Below are positions 28,726 to 38,727 of a stretch of 64,000 bases of DNA, one piece after another. Made by a program: the position numbers and the translations under genes. The DNA is taken from the NCBI GenBank assembly GCA_965116885.1, contig OZ220741.1:2176001-2240000 (forward strand). Reading direction: 5' to 3'. The notes under the pieces are model-generated. The model was not told the origin of the DNA and made no database searches. It saw nothing but the letters and a program-made list of their open reading frames with translations. Position 1 is the first letter of the stretch; every line of letters starts with the position of its first letter. This stretch comes from Candidatus Latescibacterota bacterium (GTDB lineage Bacteria; Latescibacterota; UBA2968).

Positions 28726-29319
28726 ATGAATTCATCTGTGATTCAGTATGTAGAAGGGCGCGCGATTCCCGTTCGGGGAAATGACATCGATACCGATCGC
28801 ATTATTCCCGCGCGGTATCTTCGCGCTATTACGTTTGACGGCCTGGGTGTGCACGCATTTGAAGACGATCGCAAATCAAATCCCGATCACCCATTTGATG
28901 ATCCGCGCTATCAGGGGGCATCCATACTCATCGCCAATGATAATTTTGGGTGTGGGTCTTCGAGAGAACACGCGCCCCAGGCTTTGATGCGCTGGGGGAT
29001 TAGTGCTATTGTGGGTGAATCTTTTGCCGAAATTTTTCTGGGCAATTGTACGGCTATGGGCGTGCCTTGCCTGACGGCTTCAACCGCGGATATTGTCAAA
29101 ATTCAAGACGCGATAGAAGCAGATCCGCAACGAGAAATGGCGGTTGATCTCAAAGAGAAAAAATTGACATTTGGCGATATAGAAGTCAATCTCCAGATTG
29201 CAGAAGGCAATCGGCTCCAACTCATTGAGGGGGCGTGGGATGCAACGGGTATGCTTCTCGAAGGCCGCGGTGCGGTGCGGAATATCGCCAACAAACTTCC
29301 CTATGTTACGGGCTTTTAA
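28726..29319 (+). CDS. leuD: 3-isopropylmalate dehydratase small subunit
   Basis: DIDTDRIIPARYL, NFGCGSSREHAPQAL, SFAEIF. Start reset to 28726. Confidence 0.96.
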   Translation: MNSSVIQYVEGRAIPVRGNDIDTDRIIPARYLRAITFDGLGVHAFEDDRKSNPDHPFDDPRYQGASILIANDNFGCGSSREHAPQALMRWGISAIVGESFAEIFLGNCTAMGVPCLTASTADIVKIQDAIEADPQREMAVDLKEKKLTFGDIEVNLQIAEGNRLQLIEGAWDATGMLLEGRGAVRNIANKLPYVTGF

Positions 29320-29329
29320 CCTTTTTTAC

Positions 29330-29352
29330 GCCCGCATCTCGCGGGCTTTTTT
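29330..29352 (+). terminator. Intrinsic terminator after leuD
   Basis: GCCCGC-atctc-GCGGGC followed by T6. Confidence 0.75.
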
Positions 29353-29488
29353 GCGAGCTATTATGCATTTCTACATGCGAACAGGCAGGAGATATTATCC
29401 GGGCACTCGTTGCCCGGAGGCCATTGGTTTGGGCATTGGATCGTTTTGCATGACCCAACTTTTTTAATCCCAAACCAGAGGAAATCAC

Positions 29489-31069
29489 ATGTCTAAACTT
29501 GTACAAATTTACGATTCGACCCTTCGAGATGGCGCGCAGGCTGAGGGTATTTCATTTTCGGCTGAAGACAAAACCATGATTGCACAACATCTCGATGCGA
29601 TGGGCATTCACTATGTTGAAGGCGGTTGGCCCAATCCGACGAATCCCAAGGATCTCGAATTTTTTGATCGCGTGCGCGATCTCGAATTTCACAACACCAA
29701 AATTGTCGCTTTTGGCAGTACATGCAGGGTTGACAATCCGCCCGAAGACGATCCCACTCTCACCACTTTGCTCAGGGCAGGTACAGAGGTTATCACGCTC
29801 TTTGGGAAAAGCTGGACGCTTCACGTAACCGATGTGTTGCGGGCGACATTAGACGAAAACCTGCAAATTATCAGGGACTCTTGCGCCTGGCTGAAGGAAA
29901 ACGGCCGAGAAGTTATTTACGATGCCGAACATTTTTTTGACGGTTACAAAGCCGATCCCGAATACGCGCTGGAAACTTTGTTGGCCGCGCAAGAAGGCGG
30001 AGCCGAGGTGCTCGTTTTGTGCGATACCAATGGCGGCATGATGCCATATCAAATACAGGAGATTATCAGCGATATTCAATCCAGGCTCGATGTGCCTTTG
30101 GGTATTCACACGCACAACGACGCGGGAATGGCTGTGGCCAATAGCATTGTCGCACTCGAAATGGGTGCTACACATGTGCAGGGGACTATCAATGGCTATG
30201 GGGAACGCTGTGGCAATGCCAATCTGTGTTCGGTGATTCCAAATATTGAATTTAAGTTGGGGATGAGAGCTATTGGCGCGAAAAATCTGAAAAGACTTAT
30301 GGAATTATCGCGCTTTGTGAGCGAAATCGCCAATGTCTATCACGATCACCGCCAACCTTATGTGGGCGAGAGTGCTTTTGCACACAAGGCGGGTGTTCAC
30401 GTAGATGCGATGCTCAAACAACCCGTCGCGTATGAACACTGCGATGCGGAATCTGTAGGCAATCAGCGCCGTTTTCTGCTTTCAGAACAATCGGGCGGCG
30501 GGGCCGTCGCAGCAAAATTGCACCATCTGATTCCGGGACTGGACAAACGCCATCCAACTGTCCAGAAATTGCTGCAAAAAATTAAGCAACTCGAACACGA
30601 AGGCTATGTTTTTGAAGCCGCCGAAGCGTCGTTTGAAATTATTGCCCGCCAGATATTGGGCAGTATTCGCAAACCGTTTAAGCTCATCAATTACAAGACG
30701 ATCAATCGCAAAAGTGCTGCAGGCTCTGAAGTAGAAGCCATTGTGAAAATAGAAATTGAAGGACAGATCTACCACACGGTTGGCGAAGGCGATGGTCCTG
30801 TCAATGCGCTTGATTCGGCATTGCGCCTGGCGCTTGAACCAAATTATCCCATGCTGAAAGATGTGCGTCTTGAAGACTACAAAGTGCGCGTGTTATCCAG
30901 TGCCGATGGTACGGCAGCCAAGGTGCGAGTGCTGATTGAGTCCTCTGACCGGCGGCGCGTGTGGAGTACTGTCGGTGTATCTGAAAATGTCATCGAAGCC
31001 AGTTGGACAGCACTGGTCGATAGTTTGACTTATAAATTGTTGCTCGACGATATTATCGTCGTTGACTGA
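29489..31069 (+). CDS. cimA: Citramalate synthase
   Basis: YDSTLRDGAQAEG, EGGWP, FGKSW, YDAEHFFDGYK, LCDTNGG, AFAHKAGVH, DYKVRVL. Confidence 0.93.
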   Translation: MSKLVQIYDSTLRDGAQAEGISFSAEDKTMIAQHLDAMGIHYVEGGWPNPTNPKDLEFFDRVRDLEFHNTKIVAFGSTCRVDNPPEDDPTLTTLLRAGTEVITLFGKSWTLHVTDVLRATLDENLQIIRDSCAWLKENGREVIYDAEHFFDGYKADPEYALETLLAAQEGGAEVLVLCDTNGGMMPYQIQEIISDIQSRLDVPLGIHTHNDAGMAVANSIVALEMGATHVQGTINGYGERCGNANLCSVIPNIEFKLGMRAIGAKNLKRLMELSRFVSEIANVYHDHRQPYVGESAFAHKAGVHVDAMLKQPVAYEHCDAESVGNQRRFLLSEQSGGGAVAAKLHHLIPGLDKRHPTVQKLLQKIKQLEHEGYVFEAAEASFEIIARQILGSIRKPFKLINYKTINRKSAAGSEVEAIVKIEIEGQIYHTVGEGDGPVNALDSALRLALEPNYPMLKDVRLEDYKVRVLSSADGTAAKVRVLIESSDRRRVWSTVGVSENVIEASWTALVDSLTYKLLLDDIIVVD

Positions 31070-31089
31070 CCCTTTTCAAAGAGTATCGC

Positions 31090-32262
31090 ATGCAAATCAA
31101 TTCTCGTCGGATTGAACGCCTTCCGCCCTATGTTTTTCACGAGGTCAATGCCCGTAAAATGTACCTGCGGCGCAAGGGCGTTGATATTATTGATCTGGGT
31201 ATGGGCAATCCCGACCAGCCGACACCGCCACATATTATTGACAAGCTCACCGAAGTTGTCCGAGACCCCAAGACGCATGGGTATTCGCCATCGGCGGGCC
31301 TTCCGGCTTTGAGGCGGGCGATTTGTCGCCATTACAAACGGCGTTTTGACGTTGATCTCGATCCGGAAACAGAAGCTATTGTCACGATTGGCTCGAAAGA
31401 GGGGCTGGCGCATATTTGTCTCGCGCTTCTCGATCCGGGCGATCTCGCCATTGTGCCAAATCCGGCATATCCCCTGCATCTTTATGGTGTTGCGATTGCC
31501 AATGGCAATGTCTTCAGCATGCCTTTGCGACCGGAAAAGGAATTTGTGCCCGATCTGCAAATGATCCCGCGGGAACTGTGGCCTAAACCCAAAGTGATGA
31601 TTTTTAATTTTCCCCACAATCCCACGACAGCTACTGTCGATATTTCTTTTTTTGAGGAGATTGTGGATTTTGCCCGCCGCCAAAATATCATTGTTATCCA
31701 CGATATGGCCTATTCGGATATCGCGTTTGACGATACTGTGGTGCCGAGTCTTTTACAGGTTAAGGGTGCCAAAGAAGTCGGGGTCGAATTTTACACGATG
31801 TCCAAGTCCTACAATATGGCTGGTTGGCGCGTCGGGTTTTGTCTCGGAAATCCAGAGGTGATTAAAGCGCTTTCCGTGATCAAAAATTACTATGACTACG
31901 GTGTTTTTACTCCCATACAGGTCGCTGCAATTTCCGCGCTTGATGGCCCGCAAGACTGCGTGCAGCAATCAGCCGCCAGGTATCAGAGCCGCAGGGATAC
32001 GCTGGTAGAAGGTCTCAATCGCATCGGGTGGCCCGTCAATAAGCCCAAGGCGTCGATGTTTGTTTGGGCGCCTATTCCAGAAAAGTATCGGTATCTCGGT
32101 TCTATGAATTTTGCCCTCAAGCTCATGGAAGAGGCAGAAGTCGCGGTTTCTCCCGGTATTGGTTTTGGCGATATGGGCGAGGGATATGTACGCATTTCGT
32201 TGGTCGAAAATGAACACCGAATCCGCCAGGCTGTTCGCAATGTCAAACGCGCGCTTTTTTAA
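31090..32262 (+). CDS. Class I/II PLP aminotransferase (AlaC/LL-DAP aminotransferase-like)
   Basis: LPPYVF, GSKEG, NFPHNPT, HDMAY, SKSYNMAGWRVG, SPGIGFG. Confidence 0.88.
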   Translation: MQINSRRIERLPPYVFHEVNARKMYLRRKGVDIIDLGMGNPDQPTPPHIIDKLTEVVRDPKTHGYSPSAGLPALRRAICRHYKRRFDVDLDPETEAIVTIGSKEGLAHICLALLDPGDLAIVPNPAYPLHLYGVAIANGNVFSMPLRPEKEFVPDLQMIPRELWPKPKVMIFNFPHNPTTATVDISFFEEIVDFARRQNIIVIHDMAYSDIAFDDTVVPSLLQVKGAKEVGVEFYTMSKSYNMAGWRVGFCLGNPEVIKALSVIKNYYDYGVFTPIQVAAISALDGPQDCVQQSAARYQSRRDTLVEGLNRIGWPVNKPKASMFVWAPIPEKYRYLGSMNFALKLMEEAEVAVSPGIGFGDMGEGYVRISLVENEHRIRQAVRNVKRALF

Positions 32263-32279
32263 TAGAAAGGGGATCTCTT

Positions 32280-33476
32280 GTGACGATTAACGAAAATGCC
32301 ATCTATCCCCCAAAAGGTTATAAGGCCGCCGGGCTTCATTGCGGTCTCAAAGAGGGGGATGACAAAGATCTCGCGCTTATTGTTTCAGATCGGGCGGCTT
32401 CGGCAGCGGGGATGTTTACGACAAATCGCGTGTGTGCAGCACCCGTGCATCTCAATCGGGAACATCTGCAAAATGGACGGGCGCGAGCCGTTGTGGTCAA
32501 TAGCAAAAATGCCAATGCGTGTACTGGAGATCAGGGCATGGCCGATGCGCGGCAGATGGCGCAATGGGTGGGTAGTGGGTTGGATGTTGTACCGGAAGAT
32601 GCGCTGGTCAATTCGACGGGGGTCATTGGTGTACCTTTGCCGATGGGGTGCCTTGAAGCGGGTATCCGAAATATCATTCCGGAGCTCGATGTTGGAGGAT
32701 GGGACGATGCCTCAGAGGCGATTATGACGACTGATACCGTGCCGAAGAAAGCATCTGTGCGATGTGATATAGATGGGTGCGAAATTACCATTTCGGGGAT
32801 CGCTAAGGGCGCGGGTATGATTGCGCCAAATATGGCGACTATGCTCGCTTTTGTGCTCACAGATGCGGCCCTTTCCCCCGGGGTACTCCAGGATGCGCTT
32901 TGTGAAGCTGTTACACAATCTTTTAATTGCATTACTGTTGACGGCGATATGAGTACTAATGATACGGTTTTGGCTCTGGCAAATGGCGCGGCGAGGAAGA
33001 GCGAACTCGCAGGCGAAGACCTCTGTACCTTCCAGGACGCGCTTAATGCAGTTTGCATTAGTCTGGCCAAACAAATTGCACGCGATGGCGAGGGGGCGAC
33101 CAAACTCATCACTGTGCGCGTTGAGGGTGCCGCTACCGCGGCTGATGCACGCACGGTGGGGCTGTCTGTCGCCAACTCAAATCTGGTCAAGACCGCTGTT
33201 TTTGGGCGCGATCCCAACTGGGGTCGAATTTTGTGTGCAGCGGGTTATGCCGGCGTGGCGGTGGATCCCGACCGCACAGCCGTTTCAATGGCTGGTATCC
33301 CTATTTATGATAATGGCGGTGGTCTTCCTTTTGACCAGGATCGCGCTATCGAAGCTCTGGATGCTTCCGATATAGATATTGACATCAATCTGAACATCGG
33401 CGAGGCATCGGCTACTATTTATACGTGTGATTTGACTTATGACTACGTTCGCATAAATGCCGAATACACGACATAA
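32280..33476 (+). CDS. argJ: Bifunctional glutamate N-acetyltransferase/amino-acid acetyltransferase
   Basis: NANACTG, IMTTDT, KGAGMIAPNMATML, DGDMSTND, DGEGATK, INAEYTT. Confidence 0.96.
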   Translation: MTINENAIYPPKGYKAAGLHCGLKEGDDKDLALIVSDRAASAAGMFTTNRVCAAPVHLNREHLQNGRARAVVVNSKNANACTGDQGMADARQMAQWVGSGLDVVPEDALVNSTGVIGVPLPMGCLEAGIRNIIPELDVGGWDDASEAIMTTDTVPKKASVRCDIDGCEITISGIAKGAGMIAPNMATMLAFVLTDAALSPGVLQDALCEAVTQSFNCITVDGDMSTNDTVLALANGAARKSELAGEDLCTFQDALNAVCISLAKQIARDGEGATKLITVRVEGAATAADARTVGLSVANSNLVKTAVFGRDPNWGRILCAAGYAGVAVDPDRTAVSMAGIPIYDNGGGLPFDQDRAIEALDASDIDIDINLNIGEASATIYTCDLTYDYVRINAEYTT

Positions 33477-33483
33477 TATTCAC

Positions 33484-34689
33484 ATGCCCAAATCTCCTTT
33501 TACACAGCGGGTTCTCAATATTCAGGCATCTGCGACTGTATCGGCTTTTGCCAGGGCAGGAGAACTGAGACGGCAGGGTGTAGATCTCATTTCTCTCGTT
33601 GCAGGGGAACCCGATTTTGAGACGCCTGAACATATAAGAGATGCTGCGATTCGCGCGATTAATGCGGGCCATACGCGATATACGAATCCCGCGTCGGGTA
33701 TTCCCGAACTCAAAGACGCGATATGTGATAAATTTGAGCGCGACAATAATTTGTATTATGACCCCTCACAAATTATCGTGACGTGTGGGGCAAAACAAAC
33801 CATCTTTGACGCCATTATTGTTTTAATAGAGGAGGGGGACGAAGCCATTATTCCCGCTCCTTATTGGACGAGCTATGCTGATCAGGTGCGCTTAATGGGT
33901 GGCAATCCGATCATTGTGCCGACCACACAAGATTCGGATTTTTGCATGACGGCGCGACAGCTTCAGGATGCTATTACTCCACGAACAAAATTTGTGCTCT
34001 TAAATAGTCCCTGCAATCCGACGGGAACTGTTTATACCCGCGAGAACCTGAATGCACTGGCCGATGTGATTGCGGGTGCTAATATTTATGTGATTGCCGA
34101 TGAAATCTACGAAAAGCTCCTCTACGAAGATGCCGAGCATGTGTCTATCGCCGCTTTGTTGCCCGAGTTGGCAGACAAAACACTGACGGTTAATGGCGTC
34201 TCAAAATCCTATGCAATGACCGGATGGCGCGTGGGGTATGGCGCGGGTCCCCAGAATTTGATTGATCTTATGATTAAAGTCCAGACTCAGGAGACCACAA
34301 ATACGTGCTCGATTTCCCAATACGCCGCACTCGAAGCCCTTACAGGACCTCAAGATTGTGTCGAAGCGATGCGACGAGCTTATGTTAAACGACGCAATCA
34401 AATCGTTTCTCGCCTCAATCGGATGCCGGGTGTGTCTTGCAATATGCCCCGGGGCGCGTTTTATGTTTTTCCCGATATCTCTGAATATATTGGCAAGCCG
34501 TCATCTTGCGGGCATATTGATAGCGATGTTGCGCTTTGCAATTTTTTGCTTGAAGAAGCGCGTGTCGCCTGCGTTCCCGGTACGGGTTTTGGAGCACCGG
34601 GGTATCTGCGGTTTTCCTATGCCGCTTCACCCGAGCAAATCGCCCGGGGCATGGATCGGATTGAAGCGGCGTTGACCGCACTTTTATAA
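33484..34689 (+). CDS. Aspartate aminotransferase family PLP enzyme
   Basis: GEPDFETP, GAKQ, NSPCNPTG, DEIYE, SKSYAMTGWRVGY. Confidence 0.9.
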   Translation: MPKSPFTQRVLNIQASATVSAFARAGELRRQGVDLISLVAGEPDFETPEHIRDAAIRAINAGHTRYTNPASGIPELKDAICDKFERDNNLYYDPSQIIVTCGAKQTIFDAIIVLIEEGDEAIIPAPYWTSYADQVRLMGGNPIIVPTTQDSDFCMTARQLQDAITPRTKFVLLNSPCNPTGTVYTRENLNALADVIAGANIYVIADEIYEKLLYEDAEHVSIAALLPELADKTLTVNGVSKSYAMTGWRVGYGAGPQNLIDLMIKVQTQETTNTCSISQYAALEALTGPQDCVEAMRRAYVKRRNQIVSRLNRMPGVSCNMPRGAFYVFPDISEYIGKPSSCGHIDSDVALCNFLLEEARVACVPGTGFGAPGYLRFSYAASPEQIARGMDRIEAALTALL

Positions 34690-34702
34690 AGGACGATCAT
34701 TT

Positions 34703-35671
34703 ATGAGCGACCGATCTTATCTCGACTTTGAACAGCCACTGGCCGAGTTGGAGGAGAAAATCGCCGCGCTTCAGGAACGGGCCAAAGCGGAGGGTCTGGA
34801 TGTGACTGACGCAATTGACGTTCTCGAGAAACGTCGCGAGAAACTCGAACGCGATATTTTTCGCAATCTCACGCGGTGGCAAAAATATCAGCTATCACGC
34901 CACCCTCAGCGACCTTATTCGCTGGATTATATCGACCGTATAACTTCTGATTTTATCGAGTTGCACGGCGACCGCTGTAGTGGGAATGATCAGGCGATTG
35001 TCGGGGGGTTGGCGTATTTTGAAGGCCAACCCATCGTCGTTATCGGACAACAAAAGGGGCGCAATACAAGCGAGAATCTCAAGCGCAATTTTGGCCTTCC
35101 ACATCCGGAAGGATATCGCAAAGCCCTGAGGTTGATGCAGTTGGCTGCCAAATTTGGTCGTCCCGTGCTTTGTATGGTCGATACGCCGGGTGCGTTTCCA
35201 GGGCTGGCCTCGGAACAGCGAAGTATATCAGAAGCCATTGCTCGCAACCTTTTAGAGATGGCGCGGCTACCCGTTCCTATTGTCGTTGCAATTATCGGTG
35301 AAGGCGCGAGCGGAGGGGCACTGGGTATTGGGGTGGGTGACCAAATCCTCATGCTCGAAAATGCCTGGTATTCAGTGATCAATCCCGAATCCTGTTCGCT
35401 CATTCTCTGGCGCAACCGGGACAAGCGCACGGAAGCTGCAGAAGCTATGAAGATCGCGGCAGAAGATCTTCTGGACCTCGGTGTTATTGACTGCATTGTG
35501 CCAGAGCCTTATGGGGGGGCACATCGCGATTTTGATCTGGCAGCACAAAATCTGAAAAAAGCCGTTTCAGATGCGCTTGTAGAGATTGTTAAAATACCCG
35601 TTGAAAATCTTTCAAAATTACGGGTTGAAAAATTCAATCGGATGGGGATTTGGGAAGAATCTCATAGATAG
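34703..35671 (+). CDS. accA: Acetyl-CoA carboxylase carboxyltransferase alpha subunit
   Basis: LDFEQP, RHPQRP, ELHGDR, PEGYRKALR, DTPGAFPG, GEGASGGALG. Confidence 0.96.
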   Translation: MSDRSYLDFEQPLAELEEKIAALQERAKAEGLDVTDAIDVLEKRREKLERDIFRNLTRWQKYQLSRHPQRPYSLDYIDRITSDFIELHGDRCSGNDQAIVGGLAYFEGQPIVVIGQQKGRNTSENLKRNFGLPHPEGYRKALRLMQLAAKFGRPVLCMVDTPGAFPGLASEQRSISEAIARNLLEMARLPVPIVVAIIGEGASGGALGIGVGDQILMLENAWYSVINPESCSLILWRNRDKRTEAAEAMKIAAEDLLDLGVIDCIVPEPYGGAHRDFDLAAQNLKKAVSDALVEIVKIPVENLSKLRVEKFNRMGIWEESHR

Positions 35672-35804
35672 CGAGATATTACATCCGGCCTGAAATTCAT
35701 GTCGGAAAATCTTGCAAAATTTTTTTTCTATAGCGATGTTCTTAAGTTTCAAGACCTTATTTCAATCGCGCAAAAAAAACCGACATTAAAGGGCAATTTA
35801 GTAG

Positions 35805-35833
35805 TTGACGCGCGGACTTTGACTGTATATATT
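35805..35833 (+). promoter_or_regulatory. Sigma70-like promoter with no recognisable CDS downstream
   Basis: TTGACG-N17-TATATT. Confidence 0.65.
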
Positions 35834-35903
35834 CTATTTGTGATTCGAAAGGATTTTTTTTGTATCTTCATATTTTTAATATGGTTATGGATATTTCTAT
35901 TTT

Positions 35904-36098
35904 GGTGGATGGGGGTTGTTCTAATCTTTAAGCCCTGAATTGGTCCAGGAAAAATTTGGGTTGGACTTTAACGGTCAAACTATGGTATTACCGGGGGAGA
36001 TAATACTATGGTACTGGCCGACAATATGAAGAAACCACATCCCTATTTTGGTGCACTCCAATTAGTGGAGGCTGATGGAAAAGATACCTTCATCCACC
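35904..36098 (+). ncRNA. Candidate ~195-nt rod-like structured RNA (6S/SsrS-like)
   Basis: 13-bp closing stem 35904-35916/36086-36098, nested stems, internal bubble, 12-bp apical stem; G-U pairs favour the + strand. Confidence 0.5.
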
Positions 36099-36103
36099 TG
36101 AAC

Positions 36104-36136
36104 AAAAAAGCGGTCCTATCTGGATCGCTTTTTTTG
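36104..36136. terminator. Intrinsic terminator ending the candidate RNA, overlapping the comEC stop
   Basis: A6-GCGGTCC-tatct-GGATCGC-T8. Confidence 0.8.
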
Positions 36137-38506
36137 TTTTTGTTCAGTTTTGAGCCACGGTACGATATCGATGTGTCCGCGATCTATTCTCATTGCGATT
36201 GCACCCGAATGATCGGTTCTCCAAATTTGTATCCCCATATCGCGAAAGCGTTGTAAAACTTCTGGCGAAGGATGCCGGAACTTATTGTTTATTCCGCAAG
36301 ATATGGCTACAACGCTGGGATTGACACCCGCGAGAAACTCGGGTGTTGAGGATGTGCGCGAGCCGTGGTGCGCAGCTTTGAGGATGTCTGACCGGAGGCG
36401 ATGATTCCAGAGCAGCAGATCGCTATCTGTCTCGTGTTCTATATCTCCAGTCAATAATATCGCTGTTTCCCGATAGACGATTCGAACGACGACAGAACCA
36501 TTGTTTGCGCCATCGGGCGCCGGTCCCGAGTCGGAGACATAAGCCGATGTCGGATGTAGTACCAGACCGCCAATCCCCACCAGGCTATCTCCCGCAGCCA
36601 CAGCCTGATATCTGATGCCTTTTGTCTTTACGACCTCTTGAAGTCGTTTGCCCGTAAAAGAATCGACGTGCTGTCCCGCATCGAGATAATGACCTACCGA
36701 TATCTGTTCCAAAACGGAAATCAGGCCACCGATATGATCGGCATGCGGGTGAGATCCCACCACGACATCTATATGATCAATATTCTGACTTTTGAGAAAT
36801 GGCAGAATTACGCGCTCTCCCATGTCGGTGTATTGCGTGCGAATACCACCATCGACCAGAAGTGTTCGCCCATTCGGATATTTGAGAAAAATAGCATCGC
36901 CCTGGCCGACATCGAGGAAATAGATTTCAAGGGCGGACTCTGTTTGCCAGATATTTTTCCAGATTCCGATATTTGCCAGAACAAGGGCGATTATGAGACA
37001 ATAGGTACCCCAAAGCCGTCTGACGGTGGGGTGAATCAGAGGAATCAGGACCAGATAAATAGCAAAGATAACCCAGGAGGGACGCGCAACTTCAAAGGCG
37101 GACCACTCTGGCTCGGCCATAAATTCTGTACATTTGATTGCCGTGCTCAGAATGAGCCAATTCGCGGCGTTTAATATCGTCGCTATGGGTTCCCAACAGG
37201 CGAAGGCCAATACAGTCAGGAGTCCCAGTGCAACGCCAACACCTATGAGTGGTACGACAATTAAATTTGCAATTAAGCCAATAACCGATACCAGTCCAAA
37301 ATATGCCACAATAAAGGGTAGGGTTGTTGCCTGAGCAGCGAGAGAAACAGCCAGAGGTCCTGCGATACAGGTATCGTACCATCCCTTTTTTTGGGGTAAC
37401 AGAGCGCGCAGTGGTCGATAAAAAATTAAAATGCCACCCGTGGCTACAAATGACAGTTGAAAACCCACATCGAACAGGTCCTGTGGTCGAGCGATCAACA
37501 GTCCCAAACCCGCTATGCCCAGGATGTTTCCTCCGTCTATATCGCGCTGTCCCACCATGCCCAAAAGTGCCACACATCCCATTGTGGAAGCGCGCACAAC
37601 CGAGGGGGGCAATCCGGTTATCAGCGCGTAAAATACCAGCGCGAAGATCGTCAATGCGGCAGTGATACCTCGCCCGATTCCCAGTATCTTTAGCGAGAAA
37701 AATACAGCTCCAGCAATCAATCCCACATGGAGTCCAGATACCGCTAAGACGTGGTTGACGCCGGTTTGCGTAAATGCGGTTTTGACTTCTTTGGGCACCG
37801 CCTGCTTTGCGCCTAAAAGCACCCCTTTTAAGAGGCCAGCAGGTCCGCCGGAAAGATTCTGCTCAATTGCCTGGCGAATGAGATTTCTGACGGGTAATAC
37901 GATCTGCGCCCACCAGTCGTCTTTTTCCCGTCGCTGTGCAATAATCTGAGAAGGCTTATGCACCGTTCCCAAAGCATCAATACCCCTTCGTTTCAGAAAA
38001 TCCCGGTAATCAAATGCACCCGGATTTCGCGGGGGACCCGGTTGATAAAGCTGCATCTGCAGTTGCATGCGATCCCCGTAAGTGGGCAATGCAGTACCCG
38101 CCTTAAACCTGATCAGCGCCCTGCCGCTTACAGCGCGTACCGTGTCTTTGAAGACGATTTGAAGTACGTTAAACACGGTGCGATAATCGCCATCGATGCG
38201 TTCTGGGTCCGACGATACCAATCCTTCGACTTCGGCAAGTGTGCGGTCTGCAGGTAAGAACAGGACAAAGTGATCTACAGCGCGTTCCAGGCTCTGCGCG
38301 CTTCTCAATGCACCCAGCAAAATGAGAAGGCCCGCAAAAAAGATGCTCATCTTTCCCTTATTCCAGTGTCTCCACAGCCCCACGCCACAAATACAAATAA
38401 GGGTAAAGGCGCAGAGTATGGTGGGTGCCGGAAATACCCCAATATACCTGTGTAAACCGATTCCCAAAGCGAAGTACAGCGCAGTCCACAATGCGGGTCG
38501 TCTCAT
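36116..38506 (-). CDS. comEC: DNA internalization competence protein ComEC/Rec2
   Basis: NPGAFDY, HVLAVSGLHVG, GFQLSF, LDVGQGDA, SHPHADHIGG, HHGS, FRHP. Start reset to 38506 (alternative 38551). Confidence 0.95.
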   Translation of the reverse strand: MRRPALWTALYFALGIGLHRYIGVFPAPTILCAFTLICICGVGLWRHWNKGKMSIFFAGLLILLGALRSAQSLERAVDHFVLFLPADRTLAEVEGLVSSDPERIDGDYRTVFNVLQIVFKDTVRAVSGRALIRFKAGTALPTYGDRMQLQMQLYQPGPPRNPGAFDYRDFLKRRGIDALGTVHKPSQIIAQRREKDDWWAQIVLPVRNLIRQAIEQNLSGGPAGLLKGVLLGAKQAVPKEVKTAFTQTGVNHVLAVSGLHVGLIAGAVFFSLKILGIGRGITAALTIFALVFYALITGLPPSVVRASTMGCVALLGMVGQRDIDGGNILGIAGLGLLIARPQDLFDVGFQLSFVATGGILIFYRPLRALLPQKKGWYDTCIAGPLAVSLAAQATTLPFIVAYFGLVSVIGLIANLIVVPLIGVGVALGLLTVLAFACWEPIATILNAANWLILSTAIKCTEFMAEPEWSAFEVARPSWVIFAIYLVLIPLIHPTVRRLWGTYCLIIALVLANIGIWKNIWQTESALEIYFLDVGQGDAIFLKYPNGRTLLVDGGIRTQYTDMGERVILPFLKSQNIDHIDVVVGSHPHADHIGGLISVLEQISVGHYLDAGQHVDSFTGKRLQEVVKTKGIRYQAVAAGDSLVGIGGLVLHPTSAYVSDSGPAPDGANNGSVVVRIVYRETAILLTGDIEHETDSDLLLWNHRLRSDILKAAHHGSRTSSTPEFLAGVNPSVVAISCGINNKFRHPSPEVLQRFRDMGIQIWRTDHSGAIAMRIDRGHIDIVPWLKTEQKQKKRSR

Positions 38507-38630
38507 GTTGTTTCCTTTTTTGATCCCGTATTGTGGCAATTTTCGTGCCATCTCTCATGGCGTGCTCATCTTCGCTATTTGAGGAAAAAACTGTTCACAT
38601 GATGAAAAAAAATGTTCCCCCTTTTCGTCA

Positions 38631-38659
38631 TTGACTTTCCCCATGTGAGATGGTATATT
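38631..38659 (+). promoter_or_regulatory. Sigma70-like promoter of the truA-gatB operon
   Basis: TTGACT-N17-TATATT with TG extension. Confidence 0.65.
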
Positions 38660-38727
38660 TCCAAAACTGTATGCTTTAGTGGAAGTTAGGATCGTTACTC
38701 TCTTTGCATTTGGTGCGGGCCGTTATC

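Noticed and set aside
35699..35938. Hydrophobic Trp/Phe-rich ORF as a type I toxin
   Set aside because: Spans the promoter, has no SD, and hydrophobicity is explained by T-rich DNA; not fully excluded for the GTG at 35839.
35911..36100. tmRNA or RNase P RNA
   Set aside because: Too short; no tRNA-like T-loop or CCA end and no GAGGAAAGTCC motif.
36008..36256. 82-aa ORF after the GGGGGAGA loop
   Set aside because: Runs through a strong terminator and about 140 nt into comEC antisense; its start codon is buried in a stem.
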